DNA of 64,000 nucleotides from contig CAWAFK010000001.1 in the NCBI GenBank assembly GCA_963781325.1, forward strand, positions 78,491 to 142,490, in the 5' to 3' direction. The translations under genes and the position numbers were made by a program. Under the pieces are notes generated by a model. That model was not told the origin of the DNA. It did not search any database and was given only the letters and a program-made list of their open reading frames with translations. Positions 30,157-40,458 of this stretch are shown piece after piece. Each line of letters begins with the position of its first letter. The stretch's first letter is position 1. The stretch comes from an uncultured Solirubrobacterales bacterium. GTDB lineage: Bacteria; Actinomycetota; Thermoleophilia; Solirubrobacterales; Solirubrobacteraceae.

Positions 30157-30330
30157 ATCTCAGTTTGATCCATGCAGGCTCGCCGCGACATCCTGCTCGT
30201 GATCTTTCGCCGAGCTACACGATGCTGTGTAATGTCGGCGTGGCGCACGATCTGAGCGGAGGGGAAGCTTGCCGGGCGGCCGGCCGGTCCAGCACTCCTA
30301 GCCGGCGCGCGAGCCACGGGGCAAGGCGCG

Positions 30331-31680
30331 ATGCCCGAGCCTGAGGTCTCGCCCGAGCAGGTCGAAGCGACGATCCGGAGTAGGAGCTTCGTCGTCCTGT
30401 TGTTTGTCGCGGCGGTCGCCGGGGTCTTCATATCGCTCGCGGCGTGGTGCCTGCTCGAGCTCATCAACCAGATCCAGAGGGGCGTGTACGTCCATCTGCC
30501 GAGCGACCTCGGCTACCACCACGGTCCACCGCTCTGGTGGTCGCTGCCGATACTCGCGCTCGCCGGCCTGATCACCGCGTTTGCGATCGAGCGCCTACCC
30601 GGCGAGGGAGGACACCTCCCCGCAAACGGGCTCTCCACGGCCGGCGGCCCGACTTTGCCGGGCTACCTGCCCGGCATCATCCTCGCGGCGCTCGCGTCGA
30701 TCGGGCTCGGGGTCGTGATTGGCCCGGAGGCCCCGCTGATCGCCCTGGGCTCCGGCCTGGGGACGCTGACGATCCACCTTGCGCGCAAGGACGCGCCGCC
30801 GCAAGTGGTTACCGTGCTCGCCGCCGCCGGCTCCTTCGCCGCGGCGTCGTTCCTGTTCCAGTCGCCACTGCTCGCGGCGGTGATCATGATCGAGGTGATC
30901 GGCCTGGGTGGCCCGAAGCTGACGCTCGTGCTGCTCCCCGGCCTGCTTGCCTCGGGCATCGGCGCGCTCGTCTCGCTTGGCATGGGCTCATGGACCGGGC
31001 TGAGCACGAGCGCCTACGCGCTGGGCTCGGTGGAAGGGCTCGCCAAGTTCCCCCGCCCCGACATCGCAGACTTCGGCTGGACGATCGCGCTGGCGCTCGC
31101 GGTCGCAGTGGCCTGCGTGCTCATGGTTCGCGGCGGCAAGCGCACCGCCGGCATCGTCGCGGCGAGGCGGTTCGTGCTGCTGCCCGCGGCCGGGCTGATC
31201 GTCGCTGGGCTTGCGATCGCCTTTCAGCAGACCACCGGCAAGCCCTTCCAGGAAGTGCTCTTCTCCGGTCAGGGCTCCATCCCGCAGCTCCTCAGCAAAG
31301 CGGGCACGTGGTCGATCGGGGTACTCGCGCTGTTGATCCTCTTCAAGGGCATCGCCTACTCGCTCTCGCTCGGCAGCTTTCGCGGCGGCCCGACCTTCCC
31401 CGGGCTGTTCCTCGGAGCCGTGGCGGGGCTGATGGCCGGACAGCTACCCGGGTACTCCATCACCCCGGCCATCGCCGTGGGCATGGCCGCCGCGGTCGCG
31501 GCCGTGTTGCGCCTGCCGCTCTCAGCGATCGTGATCGCCACGGTCCTGACGGTGGGAGCCGGGTCCGGAAGCCAGCCACTGGTGATCGTCGGCTCGATCG
31601 TGGCTTACCTGGCCGCAAGCAGGCTCCTGCCACCAGCTGTTGCCACGACGCCCGCCGCGGCGCGGACCCAACCAGGCTGA
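30331..31680 (+). CDS. CLC chloride channel/antiporter family protein
   Basis: PGEGGH, IGPEAP gating Glu motif, RGGPTFP. Confidence 0.88.
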   Translation: MPEPEVSPEQVEATIRSRSFVVLLFVAAVAGVFISLAAWCLLELINQIQRGVYVHLPSDLGYHHGPPLWWSLPILALAGLITAFAIERLPGEGGHLPANGLSTAGGPTLPGYLPGIILAALASIGLGVVIGPEAPLIALGSGLGTLTIHLARKDAPPQVVTVLAAAGSFAAASFLFQSPLLAAVIMIEVIGLGGPKLTLVLLPGLLASGIGALVSLGMGSWTGLSTSAYALGSVEGLAKFPRPDIADFGWTIALALAVAVACVLMVRGGKRTAGIVAARRFVLLPAAGLIVAGLAIAFQQTTGKPFQEVLFSGQGSIPQLLSKAGTWSIGVLALLILFKGIAYSLSLGSFRGGPTFPGLFLGAVAGLMAGQLPGYSITPAIAVGMAAAVAAVLRLPLSAIVIATVLTVGAGSGSQPLVIVGSIVAYLAASRLLPPAVATTPAAARTQPG

Positions 31681-31689
31681 GCGACAAGG

Positions 31690-31735
31690 TCATCCCGAAG
31701 GGGTGATGAGCCCTCACCCGCCGCGCGGCAATGCT
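31690..31735 (+). promoter_or_regulatory. Operator box plus phased half-site
   Basis: TCATCC-CGAAG-GGGTGA at 31690; TCACCC at 31714; AATGCT at 31730. Confidence 0.65.
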
Positions 31736-31831
31736 CACTGACGGAGGCGGGCAACGGCGCCCGAGAACGAACCGGAGTGAGCAATGCCGCCCGGCCGGGC
31801 GGCGCAAACATCTTTGTAAGGAGGACCGCCA

Positions 31832-32266
31832 ATGTCCAGCACGATTCCCGAGCCAGGCGCCGGTACGCGCTACGATCGCGAACCCGCCGGGGTGAGTGGC
31901 TGGATCGTCTTTGCCGGCGTGATCATGCTGATCATGGGTTTCCTCGACGCGATGTGGGGTCTGGCGGCCATTATCAACAACGAAGTGATCACGGTCGGCG
32001 GCCACGGGGTGGTCGTGTGGGACATCACGGCGTGGGGCTGGGGCCACCTGATCCTCGGAACGCTGGTTGCGTGCACCGGCCTCGGCCTCCTGGCGGGGCA
32101 GACCTGGGCGCGCGTGCTGGGGATCTTCTTCGTGTCGCTCGACCTGCTCGTGCAGTTCGGCACCTTCACGCTGTTCCCGCTGTGGTCGATCATGATCATC
32201 GCGATCGACATCGTGATCCTCTACCAGCTCACCGCGCGCTGGGATACGGAAGGAGCGACACGATGA
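31832..32266 (+). CDS. Small 4-TM actinobacterial membrane protein
   Basis: AGGAGG RBS; GW..FAG..., WGWGHL..G, WAR..G, P.WS motifs. Confidence 0.85.
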   Translation: MSSTIPEPGAGTRYDREPAGVSGWIVFAGVIMLIMGFLDAMWGLAAIINNEVITVGGHGVVVWDITAWGWGHLILGTLVACTGLGLLAGQTWARVLGIFFVSLDLLVQFGTFTLFPLWSIMIIAIDIVILYQLTARWDTEGATR

Positions 32267-32349
32267 TGCGCAGGCTGCGCAGGCGCAGGCCTCTGATGCG
32301 GGGAGCGATGGTTGGCGGAATGGGCGGTCGTTGCGGGAGTGCCGCCTGA
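32263..32349 (+). pseudogene. 28-aa ORF resembling the truncated N-terminus of an actinobacterial SHOCT-type small protein
   Basis: AAGGAG RBS, ATGA coupling, MMRRLRRRRPLMRGAMVGG then an early stop. Confidence 0.45.
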
Positions 32350-32353
32350 GAAG

Positions 32354-32551
32354 TCATCCCCCGCGGGTGAGGTCCGTTCACCCAGATCGCGAGCAGGCTG
32401 CTCGCAGCAGTGGCAAGCCAAGCGCTCATCAGTCCCGATGTAACACAGGCGGCGTGAGGGCCACAGCTCGACACTCTCGTCCGCGTAACACCTCCTCCCG
32501 CGATCCTCATCCCCGTTGGGTGACGTCCGCTCATCCCCCCGGGCCTAGCTT
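32354..32551 (+). promoter_or_regulatory. Two further operator pairs
   Basis: TCATCC-N5-GGGTGA at 32354 and 32507, each followed by TCAYCC at +24 (32378, 32531); TAGCTT at 32546. Confidence 0.68.
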
Positions 32552-32581
32552 GGGAGAGACCCGGCCAAGGAGACGCTCAGC

Positions 32582-32812
32582 GTGGTTGGCGTGAAACGCA
32601 CGAGCTACGAGATCCACATCAAGGGGCGCGTGAGCGAACAACTGCTCGGCGCCTTCGAGGGCATGGACGCGACTGTCCAGTCGGTGGAGACGGTGCTGCG
32701 CGGCCCGGTGCTCGATCAGGCCGCACTGCACGGCCTGCTCGACCGCATCCAGGCGCTCGGTTTGGAGCTGGTGGAAGTGCGGCGCCTGCCGGAGGGCGAC
32801 GACTCACAGTGA
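32582..32812 (+). CDS. Small hypothetical protein (ACT-like fold inferred), convergent with the MalT-like gene
   Basis: YEI.IKG, ETVLRGPV.DQAALHGLL.RI..LGLEL. Confidence 0.8.
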   Translation: MVGVKRTSYEIHIKGRVSEQLLGAFEGMDATVQSVETVLRGPVLDQAALHGLLDRIQALGLELVEVRRLPEGDDSQ

Positions 32813-32817
32813 GGTCC

Positions 32818-35631
32818 TCAGGCCCGCTGCACGACCCGCGGCCGCTTGATCCCCGCGGGGAGCAATCCCAGCCGGCGAGCCTTCTCCACCGCATCGGCGC
32901 GCCCGTTGGCGCCGAGCTTGCGGTAAATGCTGCGCAGGTGGGTCTTGACGGTGTTCAGCGACACGAACACCTCGGCTCCGATCTCGGCGTTGGTGAGCAT
33001 CGTCGGCAGGTAGCGCAGGATCCGCTGCTCGCGCTCGGTCAGCGGCTCGGGCAGCGCGGTGGCGCTCGCGGGACCCTGGCCGACGCCATCGAGCAGCACC
33101 TCCAGCAGCGCGGGATGGGCGGTGCCGTCCTGCGCCTGGAGCTCCAGCAGCTCGCGCACCGCCGGCCCGTTCCGCAGGAAGGCGTCGCGGAAGGGCTCGC
33201 GCTCGGCCAGCGCAAGCGCGCGATCCAGCGCCGCGGAGGCTGCCTGGTGGTCTCCGGCCGCTTGGTCGGCGAGCGCCTGCAGCAGCCACTGCTCGAGGAG
33301 CACCGCGGGATGCGGGTGCGGCGTCCCCTTCGCGCGCGCGCGGGCAAGCGATGCGCGGGCCAGCTCGGGGTCGCCGTCGCGCAGCTCGAAGCTCGCCCGA
33401 CGCACCAGCAGGGCGACGCTGTCGGGTGCCCCATCGAGTGCGCGCGCAAGGGTCGCGCGCGCCCGCGCGACCTCCCCGGCGGCCATCAGCACGCGTGGCT
33501 CGGCATCCTCGAGCGCGAGCCTCACGAAGCTCGGCGCCGGCGCGCCATCCGCCAGTTCGGAGCGGATCGCGCTCAGCTTCAACGCGCCGCGGACGGCGGA
33601 GCGCTGCCCGGTGGCGGCGAGCGTGAGCGCCTGCAGCAGGCCCACCGCCAGTCTGACGGGCGTCTCGGCGGTGTCGGCCGCGACCGCGGCGCGCACCAGC
33701 AGTCCCTCGGCGCGCTCGAACTCTCCCCGCTGGTAGGCGCACGTGGCCGCCACCAGATGGGCGCAGGCCGCCGCGGCGCCCTCGCACCAACCGCGCTGTT
33801 CGGCCAGCTCCACCGCGCGCGCGCTGCGCTCCTGCGCCTGGGTCAGCTCGCCGCGCAACATATTCACAGTCGCCAGCTGGGCGAGACAGTCGAGCGCGAT
33901 CTGCTCGTGTTGGTGCTCGGTCGCGAGCGCGTGCGCCTCGTGCAGGGGGGCGACCGCCGCGTCGACGTCGCCGCCGCTCCACAGCAGCGTGGCGCCGAGC
34001 TCGCACAACGCGAAACTGCGCAGAGCCGTGCAGCAGTGGCGCGTGCAATCGTGCGCGGCGACGCTGAGCTCGCGCGCGAAGCGCTCGGCGTCAGCGGGGT
34101 GCACGCGCAGGCGCGCGTGGCGCAGCGCGACCGCGGCGATGATCGCCTCGGTCTGGTTGGTGTGCTCGCCGGCCTCCCGCGCGATCGCCAGGTGGCGCTC
34201 GGCGTCATGGAGGTCGCCGTCCTGCAGGCGGCTGCCGGCGACGGCCGCCGCCAGACGGGGGTCGGATGCGACGACCTCCGGTGGCAGCTGCGCCATCGGG
34301 CCACGCATCGCCGCCGAACCGCCGTGCAGGAACAGATCGAGCCAGTGCTCGGCGATCAGGCCACCGGCCTGCTGCCAGTCCTCGCCCGCGAGCGCGTGGC
34401 GGATGGCGGGCATCGCCTGCCCCTGCGCCGCATACCAGCCCGCCGCGCGGCGGTGCAGGGAGGGGATCTGCTCCGGGTGGTCGTGGCGCAGGTGGGCGCG
34501 CAGCAACTCCCCGAACAGCGGGTGGTAGCGATACCAGCGGCCGTCGACGGCGGTCGGCTGCACCGGCGCGCCCAGTCGCTCGAGTTCCGCAAGCGGCAGC
34601 GTGCCGCCCTCGCGTCCGGTGAGCGCGTCCGCCAGCTCCGGGCTGACGGCGTCGACCAGGCAGGTGCGCAGCATGAACTCGCGGTTGTCCTGCGGCAGGC
34701 GGACGAGCACCTCGGAGATCAGATAGTCCGCCACCGCCCTGTCGGTGCCCGCGAACTCGGCGAGGAAGCGCCCCGCCTCGGGGTGCCCCCGCAGCGACAG
34801 CGCCGCCAGCCGCACCGCGGCGGGCCAGCCCTCGGTGCGCGCCCACAGCGAGTCGATCTCGGCGTCGGAGAGCGCCAGCTCCAGCCGTCCGCACAGCTCG
34901 GCGGTCTCCTCGCGGTCGAACGCGAGCTCGGCGATGCGCAGCTCGCTGAGCCTGCCGCCCGCGCGCAGGCGCTCGGTCGGCAGCGGCGGGTCGGCGCGGC
35001 CGGCCAGCACGATGCGCAGCTGTGCGGGAGCGTGGCGGACGAGGAAGTCGAGCGCGGCCGTCGCCCGCGGGCTGGTGAGCTCGTGAATCTCATCGAGCAC
35101 CAACACGACTGGCGAGCGCAGCTCGGCGAGGCCGTTGACGAGCAGGGCGAGGAAGCGCTCGGTGTCGGTTCCCGCCGGCGCGATGAGGGCATCGAGAGCG
35201 CCGCCCGGCTCGATCGCGCCCGAGCTGCGCAATGCACCCAGGAGGTTCTCGAGCAGCCGATTGACGTCATTGTCCTCGCCGTCCAGCGACAGCCAGCACG
35301 GCGGCCCGGGCAGCTCGCGCGCCGCGATCCACGCGGAGAGCAGCACGGTCTTGCCGGCGCCGGCCGGCGCCGAGAGCAGGACGACGCTCTGTCGGGCCCC
35401 CTCGTCGAGGGCGTCGTACAGTCGCTCGCGCTCGATCAGGTGGCGGGGGGACGGTGGTGTCAGCAGCTTTGTGGCGACCGTCGGGATCGGGGCGGTGGGG
35501 ACCTTGAGCGAGGATCGCGCCTGGCGCGCGGTCCCCAGCGATTGATCCGGCTCCGAGGATGGGATTGACATCACGCTGGACCTCCTCATGCGGGTGTCCG
35601 ATCGTTGCACCTGGAGTTTGCCCGGGTCCAT
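32818..35631 (-). CDS. MalT-like large ATP-binding LuxR (LAL/STAND) transcriptional regulator
   Basis: TKL.PP, APAGAGKT, LVLDEIH, TEGWPA, YRYHPLF, TPR-like region, C-terminal LuxR HTH LTERE...VS.NTVKTHLR.IYRKL. Confidence 0.94.
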   Translation of the reverse strand: MDPGKLQVQRSDTRMRRSSVMSIPSSEPDQSLGTARQARSSLKVPTAPIPTVATKLLTPPSPRHLIERERLYDALDEGARQSVVLLSAPAGAGKTVLLSAWIAARELPGPPCWLSLDGEDNDVNRLLENLLGALRSSGAIEPGGALDALIAPAGTDTERFLALLVNGLAELRSPVVLVLDEIHELTSPRATAALDFLVRHAPAQLRIVLAGRADPPLPTERLRAGGRLSELRIAELAFDREETAELCGRLELALSDAEIDSLWARTEGWPAAVRLAALSLRGHPEAGRFLAEFAGTDRAVADYLISEVLVRLPQDNREFMLRTCLVDAVSPELADALTGREGGTLPLAELERLGAPVQPTAVDGRWYRYHPLFGELLRAHLRHDHPEQIPSLHRRAAGWYAAQGQAMPAIRHALAGEDWQQAGGLIAEHWLDLFLHGGSAAMRGPMAQLPPEVVASDPRLAAAVAGSRLQDGDLHDAERHLAIAREAGEHTNQTEAIIAAVALRHARLRVHPADAERFARELSVAAHDCTRHCCTALRSFALCELGATLLWSGGDVDAAVAPLHEAHALATEHQHEQIALDCLAQLATVNMLRGELTQAQERSARAVELAEQRGWCEGAAAACAHLVAATCAYQRGEFERAEGLLVRAAVAADTAETPVRLAVGLLQALTLAATGQRSAVRGALKLSAIRSELADGAPAPSFVRLALEDAEPRVLMAAGEVARARATLARALDGAPDSVALLVRRASFELRDGDPELARASLARARAKGTPHPHPAVLLEQWLLQALADQAAGDHQAASAALDRALALAEREPFRDAFLRNGPAVRELLELQAQDGTAHPALLEVLLDGVGQGPASATALPEPLTEREQRILRYLPTMLTNAEIGAEVFVSLNTVKTHLRSIYRKLGANGRADAVEKARRLGLLPAGIKRPRVVQRA

Positions 35632-35771
35632 CCGGCGGCGACGAGGTTCGCCGAGAGACTTTTGCAGCTCGCTCTATACACCCTATCCGTGAAGCGCCGC
35701 AATGCAAGACAGTATAAACGTGCATATCGAAACTTGCCTCTTGCCCTAATTGACAGTCTGGTTCCGAATAT

Positions 35772-37519
35772 ATGAAACTATCGCCGGGGAGACGCAGCGA
35801 CCGTCGCCTACTGCGCGAGAGCCGCGCCGCGCGTGCGCAGCTGTGGTTGGCGGCGGGACTGGGCGTGGCGATGGCCGCCACCGTGGTTGCGCAGGCAGCT
35901 TTGCTCGCGCACGTGATCGCGAGCGCGGCGGTGCACCACACGGCGCTCCCGCTGCTTGCCGGCTCGCTGGCGGCGCTCGCCGCGGTGATTGTGGCGCGGG
36001 CGCTGCTCGCCGGCGCGTTCGAGACCTCGGGGCGGATCGGCGCGACGCGTGTGATGTCCGAGCTGCGCGGGCGCCTGGCCGAGCAGCTGCTGATCCGCGC
36101 TCCCGTGAGCCGCGTCGAGGACCGCACCGGCGAGCTCGCCGCGGCGGCGGTGCAGGGCGTGGATGCGCTGGAGGCCTACTTCGCCGGCTATCTGCCCCAG
36201 CTGGTGCTGGGCGCGGCCGTGCCCGCGGCGATCCTGCTGTGGGTGGCGCCGGTGGACGCCGTCGCCGCCGGCGTGCTGGCGCTGACGATCCCGCTGCTGA
36301 TCGCGTTCATGATCCTGCTCGGCAGGCGGCGCCCAGGCGCGGGCACGCTCGCGCTGGCGTGCGCTGGCGCTGCTGAGCGGCCACTTCCTCGACGTCGTGC
36401 GCGGCCTCGCGACGCTGCGCGCGTTCCGCCGCGAGGTCGCGCAGGCGCAGACGATCGAGCGGGTCAGCGAGCGCTACCGCGCGGAGACGATGGGGACGCT
36501 GCGGGTGGCGTTCCTCTCCGCGCTGGTGCTGGAGCTGTGCGCGATGCTCGGCACCGCGCTGGTGGCGGTGGCGATCGGGTTGCAGCTCGACGGCGGCCAC
36601 CTCAGCCTGCAGGCGGGCCTCACCGTGCTGCTGCTGGCGCCCGAGCTGTACGGCCCGCTGCGCGCCGTGGGCCAGCAGTTTCACGCAAGCACCGACGGGA
36701 TGGCGGCGGCGGAGCGGATCTTCGCGGTGCTGGACGCGCCGTCGGCGCTCTCGGCGCCTCCTTTCGCGGCGGCGTCCACCACTGTGCCCGCGACCGTGGC
36801 CTCCGCGGGCGGCGGTCGCCGCGTGCCCGACCCGGCGCTCGCGCCGCTGCGCTTCGAGGCGGTGTCGTTCGCCTATCCCGATCGTCCCGCGCCGGTGCTG
36901 AGTGAGCTGGAGTTGGAGCTCCAGGCGGGCCGCACCACGGCGCTGGTCGGCCCTAGCGGCGCGGGCAAGAGCACGGTGGCGGCGCTCGCCCTGCGCCTGG
37001 CCGACCCGACCGCGGGGCGCGTCAGCTGCGGCGGGCACGACCTGCGGGAGATCGCCCCCGAGGCGTGGCGCGAGCGCGTCGCGTGGGTGCCACAGCGCAC
37101 GCGCCTGTTCGCGGGCACGATCGCGCAGAACATCGCGCTCGCCGTCCCGGGCGCGGCGCGCGAGCGGATCCTCGCGGCGGCGCACGCCGCGGGGTTGGAG
37201 GAGCTGCTGGGTCAGCTCTCCGACGGCCTGGAGACGCGCGTCGGGCGAGGGCGGCCGCGGTCTCTCCGCCGGCCAGGCGCAGCGGGTGGGGCTGGCGCGC
37301 GCGTTCCTGCGCGACGCATCGCTGGTGGTGCTGGACGAGCCGACCGCGCACCTCGATGCGGACACCGCCGCCGCGGTGGGCGACGCGATTGCGCGGCTCG
37401 CTGAGGGCCGCACCACACTGCTGATCGCCCACAACGCCGATCTGGCGGCACGCGCTGAGCGCACCGTGACTCTCCAGCACGGCCGGGCACTGGTCGCTGC
37501 GCTGGAGGTGGTCGCATGA
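35772..37519 (+). CDS. cydD: Thiol-reductant ABC exporter subunit CydD (frameshifts near 36340 and 37250)
   Basis: YFAGYLPQL, TIPL, LR.AFLSALVLE, APE.Y.PLR.VG.QFHA, GPSGAGKST, LSAGQ, LDEPTAHLD across three frames. Confidence 0.88.
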
Positions 37520-39322
37520 CCGGCAGCTACGCCAGCCTGGCTGCCGCGGCGCGCGCCGGACGCGCCGAGCGCCGCCGGCTGGGGTTGGCGATCGCGTTGG
37601 GCTTCGGCGCGGTGGTCGCCTCGGGCGGTCTGCTGATCACCTCCGGCTACCTGATCTCGCGCGCCGCCCAGCGCCCGCCGGTGCTCGCGCTGAGCGTGGC
37701 GATCGTGGGCGTGCGCGCGTTCGCGATCTCCCGCGCGCTGCTGCGCTACAGCGAGCGGCTGGCCTCGCACGACGCCGCGCTGCGGCTGTTGGGGCGCGTG
37801 CGCGCCAACTTCTATCGGCGCCTCGCCCCGCTCGTGCCGGGCGACGTGGGCGGTCCCCGGCGGCGGCGACCTGCTGTCGCGCTTCGTGGGGGACGTGGAT
37901 GCGCTGCAGGATCTCTACCTGCGCGCGCTCGCCCCGCCGGTGGTGGCGGCGCTTACGATCTGCGCCGCCTCGCTGACCGCGTGGGCGATCCTGCCGGCGG
38001 CCGGCCCGGTCGTGTTCGTGTGCCTGCTGCTCGCGGCCACCCTGGTGCCGGCGCTCGCGGCGCTGCTCGCCTCGGCCTCGGGCCAGCGCCAGGCGCCCGC
38101 GCGCGCGGTGCTGACAGCGGAGCTGGTGGAGACGATCGAAGGCGCCTCCGAGCTCGCCGTGGCGGGCCGCGCGCGGGAGCGGATCGCGCGGCTGCGCGCC
38201 GCCGACGGGCGCCTGGCAGCGCTCGCCCGTCGCGACGGGATCGCGGCGGGCGCCGCGACCGCGCTCGGGTCGGCGGCGGCCGGGGCGAGCGTGGTGGCGG
38301 TGCTGCTGGTGGCGATCCCCGCGGTGCACGACGGCGCGCTCGCGGGGGTGCTGGTGGCGGGGCTCGCGCTGCTGGTGCTGGCCGCGTTCGAAGCCCTCGC
38401 CCCGCTGCCGCTCGCGGCGCGGCGCCTGCGTGCCTGCGCCGAGGCGGCGGGCCGCCTGGAGGAGCTGTGCGCGCGCGAGCCCTCGGTGCGCGACCCGGAG
38501 CGCCCGCGGGCGCTCCCCGGCGAGGGCGAGCTGACGGTGGAGGACCTCAGCGCGCGCTACGGCCCCGAGGAGCCGTGGGTGCTGGAGCACGTGAGCCTGC
38601 GTCTGGCGCCGGGGCGCCGGGTGGCGCTGAGGGGGCCCAGCGGCGCCGGCAAGAGCACGCTCGCGCAGCTGCTGGTGCGCTTCCGCGACCCCGACGCCGG
38701 CAGCGTGCGGATCGGCGGCGTCGACCTGCGCGAGTGTGTCCAGGACGACGTCCGCCGCGCGGTGGCGTACGCCGCGCAGGACGCCCACCTGTTCAACACC
38801 ACGCTGCGCAAGAACATGCTGGCCGAAACGGGGATGCCGGCCGAAGGCCGGTGTCTCCCGGCTTCGGTCGCGCGGCGCGAGGCGAGCGAGGAGGAGTTGT
38901 GGGAGGCGCTGGAGGCGGCCGGCGCGGCCGCGTGGGTGCGCACCCTGCCCGATGGCCTCGACACGCTCGTCGGCGAGGACGGCGGCGTGCTCTCCGGCGG
39001 CCAGCGCCAGCGGATCGCGCTCGCGCGGGCGCTGCTCAGCGACGCGCGCTTCCTCGTGCTGGACGAGCCCACGGCGCACCTCGACGCCGCCACGGCGGAG
39101 TCGGTGATGCGCGCGATCGTCGCGGGTGCTGGGGAGCGCGGGGTGCTCGTGATCACGCACAGCGAGATCGGCGTCGAGTTGTTCGACGAAGTGCTGGAGC
39201 TGCGCGGGGGCGAGCTGCGCGAGGTCGAGCGGCGTGGGGGCAATCTGCCGCTGGTCGTGGGGCAGGAGGCCCCACGACCGTGCGGTCGTGTGCCCCACCA
39301 GCGCGCGCGGACGATCCCATAA
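37516..39322 (+). CDS. cydC: Thiol-reductant ABC exporter subunit CydC (frameshift near 37860)
   Basis: SGYLISRAA, VGVRAFAISR, ERL.SHD, GPSGAGKST, LSGGQ, LDEPTAHLD. Confidence 0.88.
38819..38870. repeat. 52-bp palindromic dispersed element, copy 2, in frame within cydC
   Basis: 46/52 identical to 9701-9752; encodes AETGMPAEGRCLPASV. Confidence 0.85.
39253..39279. repeat. Short palindromic element (family B), in the cydC 3' end
   Basis: GGTCGTGGGGC-AGGAG-GCCCCACGACC; near-identical inverted copy at 60888-60915. Confidence 0.65.
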
Positions 39323-39404
39323 AGACCTCCGCCTGCTACACTATACAAAGTAAAGTAATGGAGCCGTGTAGGCTGGGCGCGATGGGCAGACCACGCGCGA
39401 AAGG

Positions 39405-40454
39405 ATGAGCATGGCGGACATCGAGAACACGATCATCGTCGGCAGCGGCCCTGCGGGGTACACCGCCGCGCTGTACACCGCGCGCGCCAACCTCGCGCCG
39501 CTGGTGATCGAGGGGTTTGCGTGGGGCGGGCTGTTGCAGCAGACGACCGACGTCGAGAACTACCCAGGCTTTCCCGAGGGGATCATGGGGCCCGAGCTGA
39601 TGGGCAAGATGCGTGAGCAGGCGGAGCGCTTCGGCGCGCGGCTGGAGACAGACCAGGCCGAGCGCGTGCTGCTGGCGAGTGGATCGGATCCCACCCACCC
39701 CGTCGTGCACAGTGTGTGGGTGGGGGACACCGAGCACCGCGCGCGCACCGTGATCCTCGCGATGGGCGCCGAGCACAAGCGGCTGGGGGTGCCCGGCGAG
39801 CAGGAGCTGGGCGGCAGGGGCGTGAGCTACTGCGCCACCTGCGACGCCGCCTTCTTCAAGGACGCGCCCACGATGATCGTTGGCGGCGGGGACTCGGCGA
39901 TGGAGGAGGCGATCTTCCTCTCGAAGTTTGCTTCCAAGGTCGCCGTCGTGCACCGCCGTCCCGAGTGGCGTGCCTCGAAGATCATGCTGGAGCGCGCCCG
40001 CGCACAGGAGAACATCGAGTTCCTCACCCCCTACACCGTCAAGGAGTTCCTCCCCGGCGAGAACGGCGCGCTCGACCGCGCGCTGCTGCTGGACATCGGC
40101 AGCGGCGAGGAGCGCGAGCTCGAGATCTCAGGCGCCTTCATCGCCGTTGGGCACCAGCCCCAGTCAGAGCTGGTGCGCGGGCAGGTGGAGGTGGACGAGA
40201 ACGGGTATGTGCTCACCAAGGGCCGCTCCACGCTCACCAACCGCCCGGGCGTGTTCGCCGCGGGGGATCTGGTCGACCACACCTACCGCCAGGCTGTGAC
40301 CGCCGCCGGATCGGGCTGCCAGGCGGCGCTTGACGCCGAGTGGTACCTGCGCGACACGCCGGAGGTGCCCACGCCGGTGGGGATGCCGCTGGGCGATCTC
40401 GCCGAAGAGCAGTGGGCGCCGCCCGCCGCCGTGCAGACGGCTGGCGGGGAGTAG
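39405..40454 (+). CDS. trxB: Thioredoxin-disulfide reductase
   Basis: [36 protein letters not shown]. Confidence 0.97.
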   Translation: MSMADIENTIIVGSGPAGYTAALYTARANLAPLVIEGFAWGGLLQQTTDVENYPGFPEGIMGPELMGKMREQAERFGARLETDQAERVLLASGSDPTHPVVHSVWVGDTEHRARTVILAMGAEHKRLGVPGEQELGGRGVSYCATCDAAFFKDAPTMIVGGGDSAMEEAIFLSKFASKVAVVHRRPEWRASKIMLERARAQENIEFLTPYTVKEFLPGENGALDRALLLDIGSGEERELEISGAFIAVGHQPQSELVRGQVEVDENGYVLTKGRSTLTNRPGVFAAGDLVDHTYRQAVTAAGSGCQAALDAEWYLRDTPEVPTPVGMPLGDLAEEQWAPPAAVQTAGGE

Positions 40455-40458
40455 CGCT

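Noticed and set aside
24965-35568. Very long antisense or alternate-frame ORFs (e.g. 24965..26968, 26743..28677, 32809..35568)
   Set aside because: Shadow ORFs expected in high-GC DNA opposite well-supported genes; no protein motifs.
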